Source: Promethearchaeota archaeon (GTDB taxonomy: Archaea > Asgardarchaeota > Lokiarchaeia > Sigyniarchaeales > SOKP01). Taken from it: a stretch of DNA of 64,000 nt. Below the pieces are notes generated by a model. That model had not been told where the DNA came from. It made no database searches and saw nothing but the letters and a program-made list of their open reading frames with translations. The position numbers were made by a program, and so were the translations under genes. Location of the stretch: the NCBI GenBank assembly GCA_019057795.1, contig JAHLWS010000011.1:1-64000 (forward strand), read 5' to 3'. Positions 48,709-59,871 of this stretch are shown here, piece after piece. Positions within the stretch are counted from its first letter, which is position 1. The number at the start of each line of letters is the position of its first letter.

Positions 48709-49818
48709 TTAAAAAAATAAGTCTTCAGTAATAGTTTCTGTATATTTAAATAACTTCTCTCTCGGAAACTTTATTGTTTGGTCTTGAATAATATTCTTAA
48801 ATAAGAGTTCAAATTTATCAACAAATTCTTTTAGTATTACTTTTGGATAATTTAAATCTTCTTTTATATACAATACTCCAGACAGAATTTCACCAGAATA
48901 TATCATTACTATTTGATTTGGTTTCTTTATAATTGAAACATCTTTATTATTTACCGTTCCGATTAATTCTTTAAGCATTTCATTAACAATAGAAATTGCT
49001 GCTGAAATTAAATTTTCGCTAATTAATTCTTTTTTCTTCTTTAAAATTTTATGATAAAACAGATTCCAGCCTTATTAATCAAAAATAATGCCTCAATTTT
49101 TTCTTTCCAACCAAATTCAGAAAAATCAGTTAATGTGAAAAAGAAATAAGATAGCATTAATAAAGAAATCAATTGCAAAATATTGCCTATCATTAGACTT
49201 TCAAGTCCGAAGAGAATATTAAATAAATCTGTAGTAAGACCATATCCAATAACCAATAGTGCAATTGCGACGAAAAAAAACAGCCCCCTATACATTAATT
49301 TTTTAAAAAATTTTATTTGAAAATTTATAAAGAAAATCAGAAATGTATACCAAAATCCATAAATTAATTGTTGAGTTAATCTAATATCAATAAAAAATAT
49401 AATCGAAAAAAGTAAAATAAAAATTGATATTATAATTGAATAAAAGTATTTTTTGTAAAAAAAAACATTATATTTTTCAATACAAAAAATTAAGATAAAA
49501 CATGCAATAAGCGATGTAAAATAACCTAAATTTAAAAAAAATATCCGTTCACTTCCATAATTCCATATAAGAAAGGGAGAAATTATAGAATCAGAAGAAT
49601 AGTAGTCCCCCAAAATATAAAATAAATACATTAATGAAAAACCAGAAAATACTGCGAAATATCCAAGATCTTGTAGATTTTTTAAGGTTTTTTTTTTGTT
49701 TTATATATCTAATTAGAAAGACAAGACTTATTTCAAACTCAATAATTACAGATATCCATTCTATTATCAGTAATGGAAACCTCATATCCCCTAATATAGG
49801 GAATTCTAAAAATATCAT
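48709..49818 (-). pseudogene. Multi-TM membrane protein with C-terminal longin-like domain, two frameshifts
   Basis: Three ORF pieces join into one protein (RYIKQ../..KNLQDLGYFAVFSGFSLMYLF... and NKAGIC/YHKILKKKKELISENLISAAISIVNEMLKEL); paralogous to the upstream gene. Confidence 0.75.
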
Positions 49819-49829
49819 TTTAACACCTT

Positions 49830-50986
49830 TTATAATAGAAGATCATCAATAATAACATCAAAATTCTTGAACAACTGTACTTTTTCTTCGAAGTCTTCAA
49901 CATCAATCAATACTTCTTTAAATATATATTCAAACTTCTTTTTAAGAGATTTTAAAAAATAAAGGTTACTATTCAAATCCTTTTTTGTAATTAAAGCATA
50001 AGTTATATTCGAAAAGAAATTCGATCCATATTCTAAAAAAACTAGCGAATCTTCTCGTTTAATTTTATTTATCTTTTCATTTTCAGTATTTGTTATTTCT
50101 GCAATTATCCTATCAATACCGGTTATTCCACCTAAAAATATATCTTCAAAACTTTTTTGAAAGTCTTCATTTTTCTCTTTCAAAATTCTCCCTTCTTGAT
50201 AAATTCCAGAGAAATTGTATTTAAATAAACAATTATTATTATTTTGATTGATTATAAATAAGTTAATAAGATTTTCTTCCCAATTTAGTTCAAAGAAAGC
50301 TGGAAAGCCAAAAATTCCTGATAATATTATGATAAACCCAGCGATAAATGATAATGTGCACAAAAACAATGGAATTGTTGAATTTCCTAAAGGATACAAT
50401 AAATGGATAAAAATCTCTATAAGAAAAAAAAGCGAACCGAAATAGATTATTCCGCCTATTAATATTTGGATAAGATGTTTTTTTATCTTACCTTTAGCCT
50501 TAATAACAAGTCTAATTTGGAAAATACCAACTAATACTAAATATAAAACTATAACAATAATCTTTATAATATAAAAGATTAAAGCATTTGAAGGAATCAA
50601 AATAACTAAAATAATCGGAATAAAAACTAGGATTATCAAAACCTTTACAATGTTTAATTTTATAATTTTCGAAAATTCTTCTGATGTTATAAAGTATAAA
50701 AAAATAATTATTGAAAAAAATATTAGAATATAACCTAATTTGCCCAATATCTCTTTTAAATAGGGGGAAGATATAAAAAATCTATTTATTATTAAAATGA
50801 AAGCACTAATAATAGATAATAGACAAATAGAACCATAGGACAATAAAATTTTATTTAATTGAAGTCTTTCGGCATTGATTTTACGATATCGGTAAAAAAA
50901 AAAATTGCTAACTGAGCCCCTAATATAATATTTGTCAAACAAAGTAAAAATTGAATTTCTCTAATTTCACTCAATTGAAGCAACAT
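49830..50986 (-). pseudogene. Multi-TM membrane protein with C-terminal longin-like domain, one frameshift in a T11 run
   Basis: ATG at 50986 reads MLLQLSEIREIQFLLCLTNIILGAQLAIFFF, then shifts at A11 (50894-50904) into YRYRKINAERL; C-terminus LFIINQ..LGGITGID.II.EI..LK..FE.IF. Confidence 0.65.
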
Positions 50987-51186
50987 TAATTATATCCAAA
51001 ATCTAAAATAATTTAATTCTTATAAATCCAGATTACGATAAAAGAATAACAAAAAGTATTAATAAAATTTTAGTTTTATTTCAAACTCTAGATATTTGGG
51101 TCCAAACTTCTCCATGAGATTCTTCTAAATATTTTTTATTTAGTATGATTCATTATCACATTTTAAATTATATTAAATTGATATTT

Positions 51187-52236
51187 ATGAAAATCGTTGA
51201 TTTACGATCTGATACAGTTACCAAGCCTTCTCCTGAAATGTGGGAATTTATAAAGTCAATGGATAATTCTCAGCTTGGAGATGATGTTATGGGAGAAGAT
51301 TCTACTGTGAATGAGTTAGAAGAAAAAGCTGCAAGAGTTATTGGCAAAGAAGCCGCATTGTTTGTAACTTCAGGAACTCAAGGCAACTTAGTTTCCCTTC
51401 TTTCTCAATCTAAGCCAGGAGACGAAATTCTATTAGAAGAATTAAGTCATATTTATGGAAACGAAGTAGGGAGTGCTGCGCGAATAGGAGGTTTGATGAT
51501 AAGGACATTTCCCTCAGATAGGGGCGTTCCTTCTTTCGAACAACTTCAAGCTTTAATTCGGGATAGAGAAGATATACATGAACCACCAACCACACTTCTA
51601 TGCACGGAGAATACGCATAATTACCATGGAGGCGCAATAGTTGGGGTTGATGTTTTAAAGAGTATGAGGGATTTTATCGATAAAAACGAGTTAAAATTTC
51701 ATTTAGATGGTGCGAGAATTTTTAACGCGGCAGTTGGACTGAATGTTCCAGTAACAGAATTTACTAAACATGTTGATAGCGTAATGTTCTGTCTGTCTAA
51801 AGGACTCTCTTGCCCCGTAGGGTCAATTGTAGCGGGTTCTAAAGAATTCATTTCAAAAGCTAGAAAGTTTCGAAAGATGGTTGGGGGAGGCATGCGTCAA
51901 GCTGGAATTATAGCTGCTTTTGGCCTTCTTGCGTTAGAACCTAAATGGATAAAAAGACTTGATGAGGATCATAAAAATGCTAAAAAACTTGCTCAAGGAT
52001 TAAAGAGCTTCAACTTACCAATAAAGGTACATCCGACTGATACTAATATTGTAATAATTAAAATGTTGGAAAAAGTTAGAATTATTAAGATTATTACAAC
52101 ACTCAATAAGGCTGGGATTTTAGCTTTTAATATCAATAAAGAAAAGATTAGGTTTGTTACTCATTATGGAATCACCGAAGACGATATTAACTACAGTACC
52201 GAACAGATCGGGCTCGTATTAAAAAAATATCTATAA
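51187..52236 (+). CDS. ltaE: Low-specificity L-threonine aldolase
   Basis: DLRSDTVT, GDDV, SGTQGN, ENTHN, HLDGARIFNA, CLSKGL, GGGMRQAG; probable start ATG 51187. Confidence 0.93.
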   Translation: MKIVDLRSDTVTKPSPEMWEFIKSMDNSQLGDDVMGEDSTVNELEEKAARVIGKEAALFVTSGTQGNLVSLLSQSKPGDEILLEELSHIYGNEVGSAARIGGLMIRTFPSDRGVPSFEQLQALIRDREDIHEPPTTLLCTENTHNYHGGAIVGVDVLKSMRDFIDKNELKFHLDGARIFNAAVGLNVPVTEFTKHVDSVMFCLSKGLSCPVGSIVAGSKEFISKARKFRKMVGGGMRQAGIIAAFGLLALEPKWIKRLDEDHKNAKKLAQGLKSFNLPIKVHPTDTNIVIIKMLEKVRIIKIITTLNKAGILAFNINKEKIRFVTHYGITEDDINYSTEQIGLVLKKYL

Positions 52237-52446
52237 TCTTGATGGAATTATAAAATTCAAGATTTTATCAAATTCGTTTCTAAACCTATATTTTTCGTTT
52301 AAAATTGATATTATTCTATCTTCAAAATAAAGAAATTGATTAATTTTTCAATAAAAAAATATCAACTTTTAAAAATAAATGAAGCAAAGTAATTAATTAA
52401 CAAATTCAATTTAAAAAAAATTAAAATAAAAAAGAAGTGAATTTAA

Positions 52447-54156
52447 ATGAGTAAAGAAAAATTTTGGGTAAAATCTTATGATTCTCATGTTTCACCAACC
52501 CTAACCTATCCAACAGAAGATCTTGGAACTATATTAACTGCTGCGATGGAGAAATATTCAGAAAATGTAGGTTTTTATTTCATGGAGCGCACATTCCTTT
52601 TTAAGGAGATATTAGAATATTCTCAGAAATTCGCAACATTTTTACAAAAGAATGGTTTGGAAAAAGGTGATATAGTAGCAATTTGTCTTCCAAATTGTCC
52701 TCAATACCTTTTTTCTGCTTATGGAACATATATAGCGGGAGGTACCGTTTCTGGTTGCTCTCCCCTCTTAAGTCCTAACGAATTATCATATCAATTGGAA
52801 GATTGTGGTGCAAAATTTGTAATTACCATGGATATTGTTTACGAAAAAGTCTTTTCGCAATTTCTAGATAATTTACCGAAGCTTAAGGTTATTGTTCCTA
52901 CGAATATTTCTGAATTTATGGGATTCCCTGGAATTAAGGTGCTTTTGGGTAAATTAATTGGCAAGATACCAAAAGGAAAAATGAAACCATGGCCAAACAA
53001 AACAGTAGTCCCTTTTTTAGACGCTGTAGACACTGATATTGATATAAAAAAAGTGGATATCGATCCAAAAAAGGATTTAGCATTATTACAATATACTGGA
53101 GGAACTACGGGACTTCCTAAAGGGACTGAAATTGTTCACTCAAACTTAGTATCAAACTTACATCAATTCGATACATGGCTCAATAGAGAGAGGGGAAAAG
53201 AAATTCTTATTTCAGGATTCCCATTCTTTCACATAGCTGGATTTTTAATAGGATTATTTTTAAATTATATCGGAGGCGCGCAAATTTTAATTGCAAATCC
53301 AAGAGATACCGATCATATAATTGATGAAATGATCGACAAGAAACCCACTAGCTTTGGAAACGTCCCAACTCTGTTTTTAATGATTCAAAACAATCCAAAA
53401 TCGCATGAAATTCCAGCAGAAGTATTAGATAACATTACGTTGTATGTAAGTGGTGCTGCCCCTTTTCCTCCAGAAGCAATAAGAGAATTTGAAAAACAAT
53501 TCCATACGGAGAATAAGTTTGTTGAAGTATATGGAATGACCGAAACAGCAGTTCTTGTTACCATAAATCCCATGTTTGGAGAAAAAAAGATTGGAACCGT
53601 AGGATTACCCTTACCTGATACAGATATTAAACTTATTGATGTAGAAACTGGCAAAGAAGTAGGAATTGGGGAACCTGGTGAGATATTAATCAAAGGTCCA
53701 CAAGTAGTTAAGCGATATCATAATAAACCTGAAGCAACAGCAAAAACATTTGATAAAGATGGGTACGTACATACTGGTGATGTAGGCGTTTTTGACGAAG
53801 ATGGATACTTAAAAATCGTTGATCGTACTAAAGATATGTTAATTGTTAGTGGTTTTAAAGTGTATAGTGTTCACGTCGAAGAAATAATGACTAAACATCC
53901 TGATATTGCATTACTAGCAATTATTGGTGTTCCAAACCCAGATAGGCCTGGAGCTGAAATTGTTAAGGCAGTTATTCAATTAAAAGAAGGTATTGCTGAA
54001 ACTGAAGAGGTTAAAGAAAGCATAAAGCAGTTCGCAGAGAAAAATCTTTCTAAATACGAGATTCCAAAGATTTGGGAGTTCCGCGAAGAACTTCCATTGA
54101 CAATGGTAGGAAAAATATTGAAAAAAGCGCTTCGAGAAGAAGGAAAATCTGAATAA
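52447..54156 (+). CDS. Long-chain fatty acid-CoA ligase
   Basis: YTGGTTGLPKG, YGMTE, TGD, DRTKDM, GKILK. Confidence 0.93.
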   Translation: MSKEKFWVKSYDSHVSPTLTYPTEDLGTILTAAMEKYSENVGFYFMERTFLFKEILEYSQKFATFLQKNGLEKGDIVAICLPNCPQYLFSAYGTYIAGGTVSGCSPLLSPNELSYQLEDCGAKFVITMDIVYEKVFSQFLDNLPKLKVIVPTNISEFMGFPGIKVLLGKLIGKIPKGKMKPWPNKTVVPFLDAVDTDIDIKKVDIDPKKDLALLQYTGGTTGLPKGTEIVHSNLVSNLHQFDTWLNRERGKEILISGFPFFHIAGFLIGLFLNYIGGAQILIANPRDTDHIIDEMIDKKPTSFGNVPTLFLMIQNNPKSHEIPAEVLDNITLYVSGAAPFPPEAIREFEKQFHTENKFVEVYGMTETAVLVTINPMFGEKKIGTVGLPLPDTDIKLIDVETGKEVGIGEPGEILIKGPQVVKRYHNKPEATAKTFDKDGYVHTGDVGVFDEDGYLKIVDRTKDMLIVSGFKVYSVHVEEIMTKHPDIALLAIIGVPNPDRPGAEIVKAVIQLKEGIAETEEVKESIKQFAEKNLSKYEIPKIWEFREELPLTMVGKILKKALREEGKSE

Positions 54157-54274
54157 TACTATTTAGCAGAAAAAGCTAAAATAATCTTTTTTTTTTTTAA
54201 TTACTAACTAGTTTAAAATATAAATAGACGAAAATTTATTATAAATCTATAACAAAAAGATTCTAGACCTAAAA

Positions 54275-55096
54275 ATGAAAATAGAAGATTTTGAAGACAT
54301 TCTGTATGAGAAGGAAGAAAATGGCATATATACAATCACGATAGATCGACCTGAAAGAAGAAATGCCGTTACTTATGTGTCTTTTTTAGAAATTTATACT
54401 GTTTTAGAAGATATGGAAAAAGATAAGAACGCAAAAGTGCTAATAATAACAGGAAATCCCGAAGGAAATGCCTTTTCATCGGGGGGGTACTTTGAACCGA
54501 ACTATTTTGAGAAGATTCAAAAGGAGATTAGAATGGAAATAGATCTGATGGATATTGCTCAAAAAAAATTATGTATGGCACTCTGGAAGTTTTCTAAACC
54601 TGTTATTGCCGCGGTAAATGGATTGGCTATAGGTGGCGCTATTACAATGCCTTTATCGGGGGCTGATCTAATTTATATGGCCGAAGACGCGTGGTTAGGG
54701 TTTTATTTTTCCAAAAGAGCAATAATCCCCGAGTTTGGTTCCACTTTTATGTTACCATTTTTAGTTGGTTTTCAAAAAGCAAATGAGATTTGTTATTTTG
54801 GCGACAAAATTCCCGCTCAAAAGGCTTATGAACTTGGTCTTGTAAATAAAGTCTTACCTAATGAAGAATTAATACCATATGCTAGAGAACAAGCACTTAA
54901 ATTGATACCGCCTAAGGGGCCATATTTGTCAATTAAGTTAATGAAAAAAACCATGCACGCTTACTTTATTGATATCTTAGATAAAACATTGGATCTAGAA
55001 AATAAGGGATTAAAGAAAGTATTTAGAACAAAAGATTTTAACGAATCGATGATTTCATTAAAGGAAAAAAGAGATCCCGTTTTTATTGGGCGATGA
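54275..55096 (+). CDS. Enoyl-CoA hydratase/isomerase family protein
   Basis: AFSSGG, KPVIAAVNG.AIGG, PEFG, EKRDP.F.G. Confidence 0.9.
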   Translation: MKIEDFEDILYEKEENGIYTITIDRPERRNAVTYVSFLEIYTVLEDMEKDKNAKVLIITGNPEGNAFSSGGYFEPNYFEKIQKEIRMEIDLMDIAQKKLCMALWKFSKPVIAAVNGLAIGGAITMPLSGADLIYMAEDAWLGFYFSKRAIIPEFGSTFMLPFLVGFQKANEICYFGDKIPAQKAYELGLVNKVLPNEELIPYAREQALKLIPPKGPYLSIKLMKKTMHAYFIDILDKTLDLENKGLKKVFRTKDFNESMISLKEKRDPVFIGR

Positions 55097-55160
55097 TTCA
55101 AGGATTTTCTTTTTATTATAAAAACATATCTTTAAAAATTATTCAAATGAATATTTTTTT

Positions 55161-56714
55161 ATGAATAACAATAATTATGATGAAAGCAGAGTAATTTCTA
55201 AATACCCCGTTATAGTAATTGGAGCTGGACTTGGCGGACTTGGTGCTGCATGTCAACTTGTTCTCAGAGGAGAAAAAGTATTGTTACTTGAGAAACACAA
55301 TGTCCCTGGAGGATTTGCTACTTCTTTTGTTAGAGGGCGGTTTGAATTTGAGGGTGCATTGCACGAGTTAAGTGATATTGGAACGAAAAATAATAGAGGC
55401 AGTCTTTATCGATTCTTGGAAAAATTAGGTATAGTTCCAGATAAACTAGAATTTATTCAAGTTCCCGAGTTTTATCGAAGCGTGTTTAGTGATGGTTACG
55501 ATGTAACAATTCCACTTGGAATGGAAGAGTATACTAACAAATTAATTGAATTATTTCCTTCTGAAAAACGAGGGATCGAAGAATTTATAGAAATGTGTAA
55601 AGCTGTTTTGGCTGGTATTCTATTTATTGCTTCTAAAGGTGGAAGATTTACACCACAAGAAGTACTTAAAGAACACCCCTGGATTCCGCGGATTTCGGGC
55701 CTTACATTATCAGAATTATACAAGAAATTTTTTAAAGATGAGAAATTGATGGCTGTTATCTCTCAACTATGGGGGTACATTGGATTACCACCAAACAGAT
55801 TAAATGCTTATACATATATTGCGATGCTCATATTTTATTTAAATTGGGGCGCTGCTTTTCCAATAGGAAGATCACATTCTTTAACAACTTCAATGGTAAA
55901 AGCATTTGAAGAACTAGGTGGTGAAATTAGATATAATGCGTTGGTTGACCGTATTCTCGTGGAAGATGGAAAAGTTAGCGGAGTAAAACTCCTTAATAGG
56001 AGTGTCTATCTTTGTAAGGCAGTTATCTCTAACGTTAATCCAATATGTACAACGATGAAAATGCTTCCTCAAGATGTAGTACCAGATAGTTATAAGAAAA
56101 TGATTTACGCTCCAGAAATTGGTCCCTCTGGTTTTTCTGTTTACATTGGATTAAATGCCTCTTATAAAGATTTAGGATTTACGGCTCACGAAACATTTAT
56201 TAACGATTTATACGATACAAATAAAGCGTTCGAGAATTTCAGAAAATTGGAATCGCCAAAATACATGGTCGCTGCATGTTATAATCACATTTACGAAGAT
56301 ATTTCGCCTCCAGGAACAACTCAATTAGTTTTAACTACTTTACAGATGGGTAAACTTTGGCAAAACATCGCACCTGATCAATATTTCCGCTTAAAGGATA
56401 AGATCGCTGATGGAATGGTATCATTGATCGAAAATACTATTTGTCCTGAAATTCGCGATTATATCGAAGTAGCTGTAGCTGCAACGCCTTTGACATATTA
56501 CCGTTATTCTAAAAACCTAGAGGGTGCCATCTATGGAACCACTCAAGATGTTACAAATGGACCTTTACTACGATTAAAAAGTAGAGGTGCAATTCCAGGT
56601 TTATATCAAGTAGGTGCATGGACTAATTTTGGTGGTGGATTTTCGACTACTATCTTAAGTGGAAGGATAGGAGCAGGTTTATATTTAGGCGATAAAATTA
56701 AAGGGAGGATCTAA
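55161..56714 (+). CDS. Phytoene desaturase / retinol saturase family FAD oxidoreductase
   Basis: GAGLGGL, EKH..PGG..TSF.RG.FEFE, ATPLT..RY....GAIYG, GLYQVG. Confidence 0.88.
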   Translation: MNNNNYDESRVISKYPVIVIGAGLGGLGAACQLVLRGEKVLLLEKHNVPGGFATSFVRGRFEFEGALHELSDIGTKNNRGSLYRFLEKLGIVPDKLEFIQVPEFYRSVFSDGYDVTIPLGMEEYTNKLIELFPSEKRGIEEFIEMCKAVLAGILFIASKGGRFTPQEVLKEHPWIPRISGLTLSELYKKFFKDEKLMAVISQLWGYIGLPPNRLNAYTYIAMLIFYLNWGAAFPIGRSHSLTTSMVKAFEELGGEIRYNALVDRILVEDGKVSGVKLLNRSVYLCKAVISNVNPICTTMKMLPQDVVPDSYKKMIYAPEIGPSGFSVYIGLNASYKDLGFTAHETFINDLYDTNKAFENFRKLESPKYMVAACYNHIYEDISPPGTTQLVLTTLQMGKLWQNIAPDQYFRLKDKIADGMVSLIENTICPEIRDYIEVAVAATPLTYYRYSKNLEGAIYGTTQDVTNGPLLRLKSRGAIPGLYQVGAWTNFGGGFSTTILSGRIGAGLYLGDKIKGRI

Positions 56715-56717
56715 AAA

Positions 56718-57917
56718 ATGGAAAAGGAAATAATGGAAGATGTAAAAAAGTATCAGAAGGCTGAAAAATTAAAAAAACGGCGCGATGAAGTCGAACCTCT
56801 ACCGTGGTATTACGATGGTTTGGAAAATTTATCCAATAGGATTCATCCCGAAAAACAATCTTTACTAGTAACTGATATTGAGCTTCTTTCACATGATACT
56901 AAATTGTTTAGATTTATTTCTGCGAAACCTGACAAACCTTTAGCGCCCTTTCGTGCGGGACAATATGTAGGCCTTACTGTAGAAATTAATGGCGTTCGAA
57001 CCTCGCGTCCGTTTTCTCTTGTCTCATCGCCAAATCAACTCTCCTACTACGAATTAGGCGTTAGAAAGAAAGAAGGCGGTTTTGTTAGCCCTTTTCTTTT
57101 TGAAAATGTAAAAATTGGCGATATTTTTGAAGTAACTGAACCCTTAGGAAATCTCTACTACAATCCCATTTTTCACGGCAAAGATTTAGTATTTATTGCT
57201 GGTGGGTGTGGTATTACACCTTTTATGTCAATGTTAAGAGAAATCTCCGAGAAAAGACTTCCCTTAAACATTTGGTTAATATTCGGAAGTTTAACTGAGA
57301 GAGATATCTTGTTTCGAGGTGAATTAGAAGATATCCAAAAAAGAAGGTCAAATATCAAAATCAAATATATCCTCTCTGAACCAACTCCAGAATGGAAAGG
57401 AGAATGTGGATTTATCTCAAAGGATAAGATATTAAGCGAAATTGTATCAATTGGAAACAAGTACTTTTACATTGTTGGCAATCGTGCTATGTACCAATTC
57501 GTAGATGAAGAATTAAAAGCTCTTGGAGTTCCTAAGCATCGAATATATTACGAGGCATTTGGAGTTCCTGACGACATCACTCGAGTTATGGGGTGGCCTC
57601 GAGAAATTGATGCCTCTAAGAAAATTCAAATTACAGTAGAATTTAGACGCCATGCTTCGAAAGAAAAAATAGTAATTGAAGTCTCATGTATAGAACCGCT
57701 TTTAAATAGTCTAGAACGATCAAAAGAATTGAGAGTCGAAATTGCTAGTGGATGTCGCTCAGGCGAATGTGCTTTCTGTCGAACAAGAATGATTGCGGGC
57801 AAAGTTTTTGTTCCACCAGAGGTGACTATACGGGAGGTTGATAAGGATTTAAGCTATATACATCCATGTATATCTTACCCAATTACAGATATCCATTTAG
57901 ACCTAACTTTAACTTAA
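56718..57917 (+). CDS. FNR-type flavin reductase with C-terminal 2Fe-2S ferredoxin (PaaE/Hcr-like)
   Basis: FRAGQY, RPFSLVS, GG.VS, AGGCGITP, EAF; CRSGECAFC...C. Confidence 0.9.
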   Translation: MEKEIMEDVKKYQKAEKLKKRRDEVEPLPWYYDGLENLSNRIHPEKQSLLVTDIELLSHDTKLFRFISAKPDKPLAPFRAGQYVGLTVEINGVRTSRPFSLVSSPNQLSYYELGVRKKEGGFVSPFLFENVKIGDIFEVTEPLGNLYYNPIFHGKDLVFIAGGCGITPFMSMLREISEKRLPLNIWLIFGSLTERDILFRGELEDIQKRRSNIKIKYILSEPTPEWKGECGFISKDKILSEIVSIGNKYFYIVGNRAMYQFVDEELKALGVPKHRIYYEAFGVPDDITRVMGWPREIDASKKIQITVEFRRHASKEKIVIEVSCIEPLLNSLERSKELRVEIASGCRSGECAFCRTRMIAGKVFVPPEVTIREVDKDLSYIHPCISYPITDIHLDLTLT

Positions 57918-58001
57918 TTTTTTTATTATATAAACTTTAAATAATAAAAAATAACAATTAAAAAAAAAAATCATTAAAAAATAAATAAAAATTTATGAAT
58001 T

Positions 58002-58826
58002 TTACTTCCAACGCCATTTGGGTTTTGTTTTTTGGAGTCTAGCTAAAGCTCCGCCCACAGTATCTTTTGTTTGGAGTAATTGAGAACTAATAAGAGTTTC
58101 TAATTCTAATCCAAAAGCTACATCCTTACCATAACAATCATCAATTAATTTTTTAGCTAAACCAATACCTAATGGACCACTTTCAATAAGCTCATCAGTA
58201 TACTTTTTAATTATCGAGTCTAATTCATCTGGTGTTTTTGCTACTCTGTTCACCACTCTTAAACGGTAAGCTTCATTTCCATCAAATTCTCTCCCAGTTA
58301 AAATGATATCTTTCGCATTTTGAATGCCAGCTAATCTAGTTAACCTTATTGTACCTCCTACATCTGGGTTTATTGACATCTTCGTTTCTAACAAGCTAAA
58401 GATCGCAGAATCTCGACAAAACCGAAAGTCACAAGCTAAAACTAACTCAAACCCCATTCCAAGGCAGTAGCCGTTAATTTTAGCTATTACGGGTTTCTCC
58501 ATTTTTTCAATTTTTGTAAAGACAGTATGTAGTCTAGTATTCATAAAATACCTAAAGTTTCGAGGGATTTTTAAATCTGGAATGACTCCTTCAGGATCTT
58601 TCTCTTGTCCAGTTAAAAAATTTAAATCAATACCAGCACTAAAAATTTCCTCACCACCCGTTATTATAACAACTCTAGTGTTAGTGCGTTCAATTTGATC
58701 CAGTGCTTTTTCAAATGCTACTATCATCTCATAATTCATAGCATTTCTTTTAGCTAATCGGTTAAGAGTAATCGTAGTTATCGTTTTATCTTCGTTTTCT
58801 TCTACTAAAACAATATTATTATCCAC
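58002..58826 (-). CDS. Enoyl-CoA hydratase/isomerase family protein
   Basis: FSAGIDL, KPVIAKINGYCLGMGFEL, PDVGG. Confidence 0.9.
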   Translation of the reverse strand: MDNNIVLVEENEDKTITTITLNRLAKRNAMNYEMIVAFEKALDQIERTNTRVVIITGGEEIFSAGIDLNFLTGQEKDPEGVIPDLKIPRNFRYFMNTRLHTVFTKIEKMEKPVIAKINGYCLGMGFELVLACDFRFCRDSAIFSLLETKMSINPDVGGTIRLTRLAGIQNAKDIILTGREFDGNEAYRLRVVNRVAKTPDELDSIIKKYTDELIESGPLGIGLAKKLIDDCYGKDVAFGLELETLISSQLLQTKDTVGGALARLQKTKPKWRWK

Positions 58827-58911
58827 TTTCTATCACTTTTAAAATTTAATTCATTAACTAATTAATATTATAATAATAATAGAAATAAAAAAAAGTTATA
58901 AATAAATTATC

Positions 58912-59361
58912 TTATATTGGATTGAAATATTCAATATCCAATATTCTTTTTCGCGGCGCCTCTTTAAACACAGCCTCAACTCTCATACCTATTTTCAGTT
59001 TTTTTGGATCGCTTTCATTTATTATGTGCACAAAATCTGTATCTGCACCATCGAGCGTGATAATTCCATAGGCAAAGGGTGGCTCTAAGGGTAACACTGG
59101 TGTTGAGTGTGTGATAACAGTAAATCCTTTAACGGTCCCTTGGTTTCCGACTTCGATCCATTCTTCCATTTTTTCGAAACATTCGAAACAAATCATTTTG
59201 GGAGGAACGTAAACTTTTTTACACTTTGGGCATTTTACACCGAAAATCTTATTGTTTTTTCCAATTTCGGTAATAAATTTTTCAACATAAGCTCCTGCAG
59301 TGTGTTTATAAGGAACTTTGATTCTACCTCTAAATACTTTTTTCTCAATTTCTTGGCTCAT
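58912..59361 (-). CDS. DUF35 (zinc ribbon + OB-fold) protein
   Basis: CPKC..VYVPP...CFEC; LDGADT; IGMRVEAVF. Confidence 0.9.
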   Translation of the reverse strand: MSQEIEKKVFRGRIKVPYKHTAGAYVEKFITEIGKNNKIFGVKCPKCKKVYVPPKMICFECFEKMEEWIEVGNQGTVKGFTVITHSTPVLPLEPPFAYGIITLDGADTDFVHIINESDPKKLKIGMRVEAVFKEAPRKRILDIEYFNPI

Positions 59362-59378
59362 TTTTTATCCCTCCAATT

Positions 59379-59867
59379 TTATTTCTCCTCTTTAATAACT
59401 TTATAATACATAATGTCTCCTATGTTACCTTCTCTTTCTTCTTTGAAAACGGCCTCAACACGTTGTCCAACTTTCATCTTGGTGTAATCTGTTTCGTTAA
59501 TAAAGTGCATTGTATAAGTATCAGCGCCATCCAATTTAAATAGTGCATAACCATATGGAAAGGGGCGCATCCCCCCAGTGTTAGGATCTGTGAAAGGATA
59601 ATTAACTACCGTGAAACCCGCTAAAGTACCTTTAGGGGATAATTCAACCATATCGTCGATAGTCATTTCAACCATGCAATCGGCACAGACTGCTCTTGGT
59701 GGAAAATTGACCTTGCCACATTTTGAGCATTTACTTCCCATTATCTTTTTATTTTCCTTGAGTTCCTCGAAAAATTTAACTGCAAGTTTGCCAATTGAAT
59801 ATCTATACGGTAAGTTAGTCTTCCATTTAATTTCAAACACTTTTTCTTGACCTTTTTTTTTACTCAT
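59379..59867 (-). CDS. DUF35 (zinc ribbon + OB-fold) protein
   Basis: CSKC..FPPRAVCADC; LDGADT; VGQRVEAVF. Confidence 0.9.
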   Translation of the reverse strand: MSKKKGQEKVFEIKWKTNLPYRYSIGKLAVKFFEELKENKKIMGSKCSKCGKVNFPPRAVCADCMVEMTIDDMVELSPKGTLAGFTVVNYPFTDPNTGGMRPFPYGYALFKLDGADTYTMHFINETDYTKMKVGQRVEAVFKEEREGNIGDIMYYKVIKEEK

Positions 59868-59871
59868 ATTA

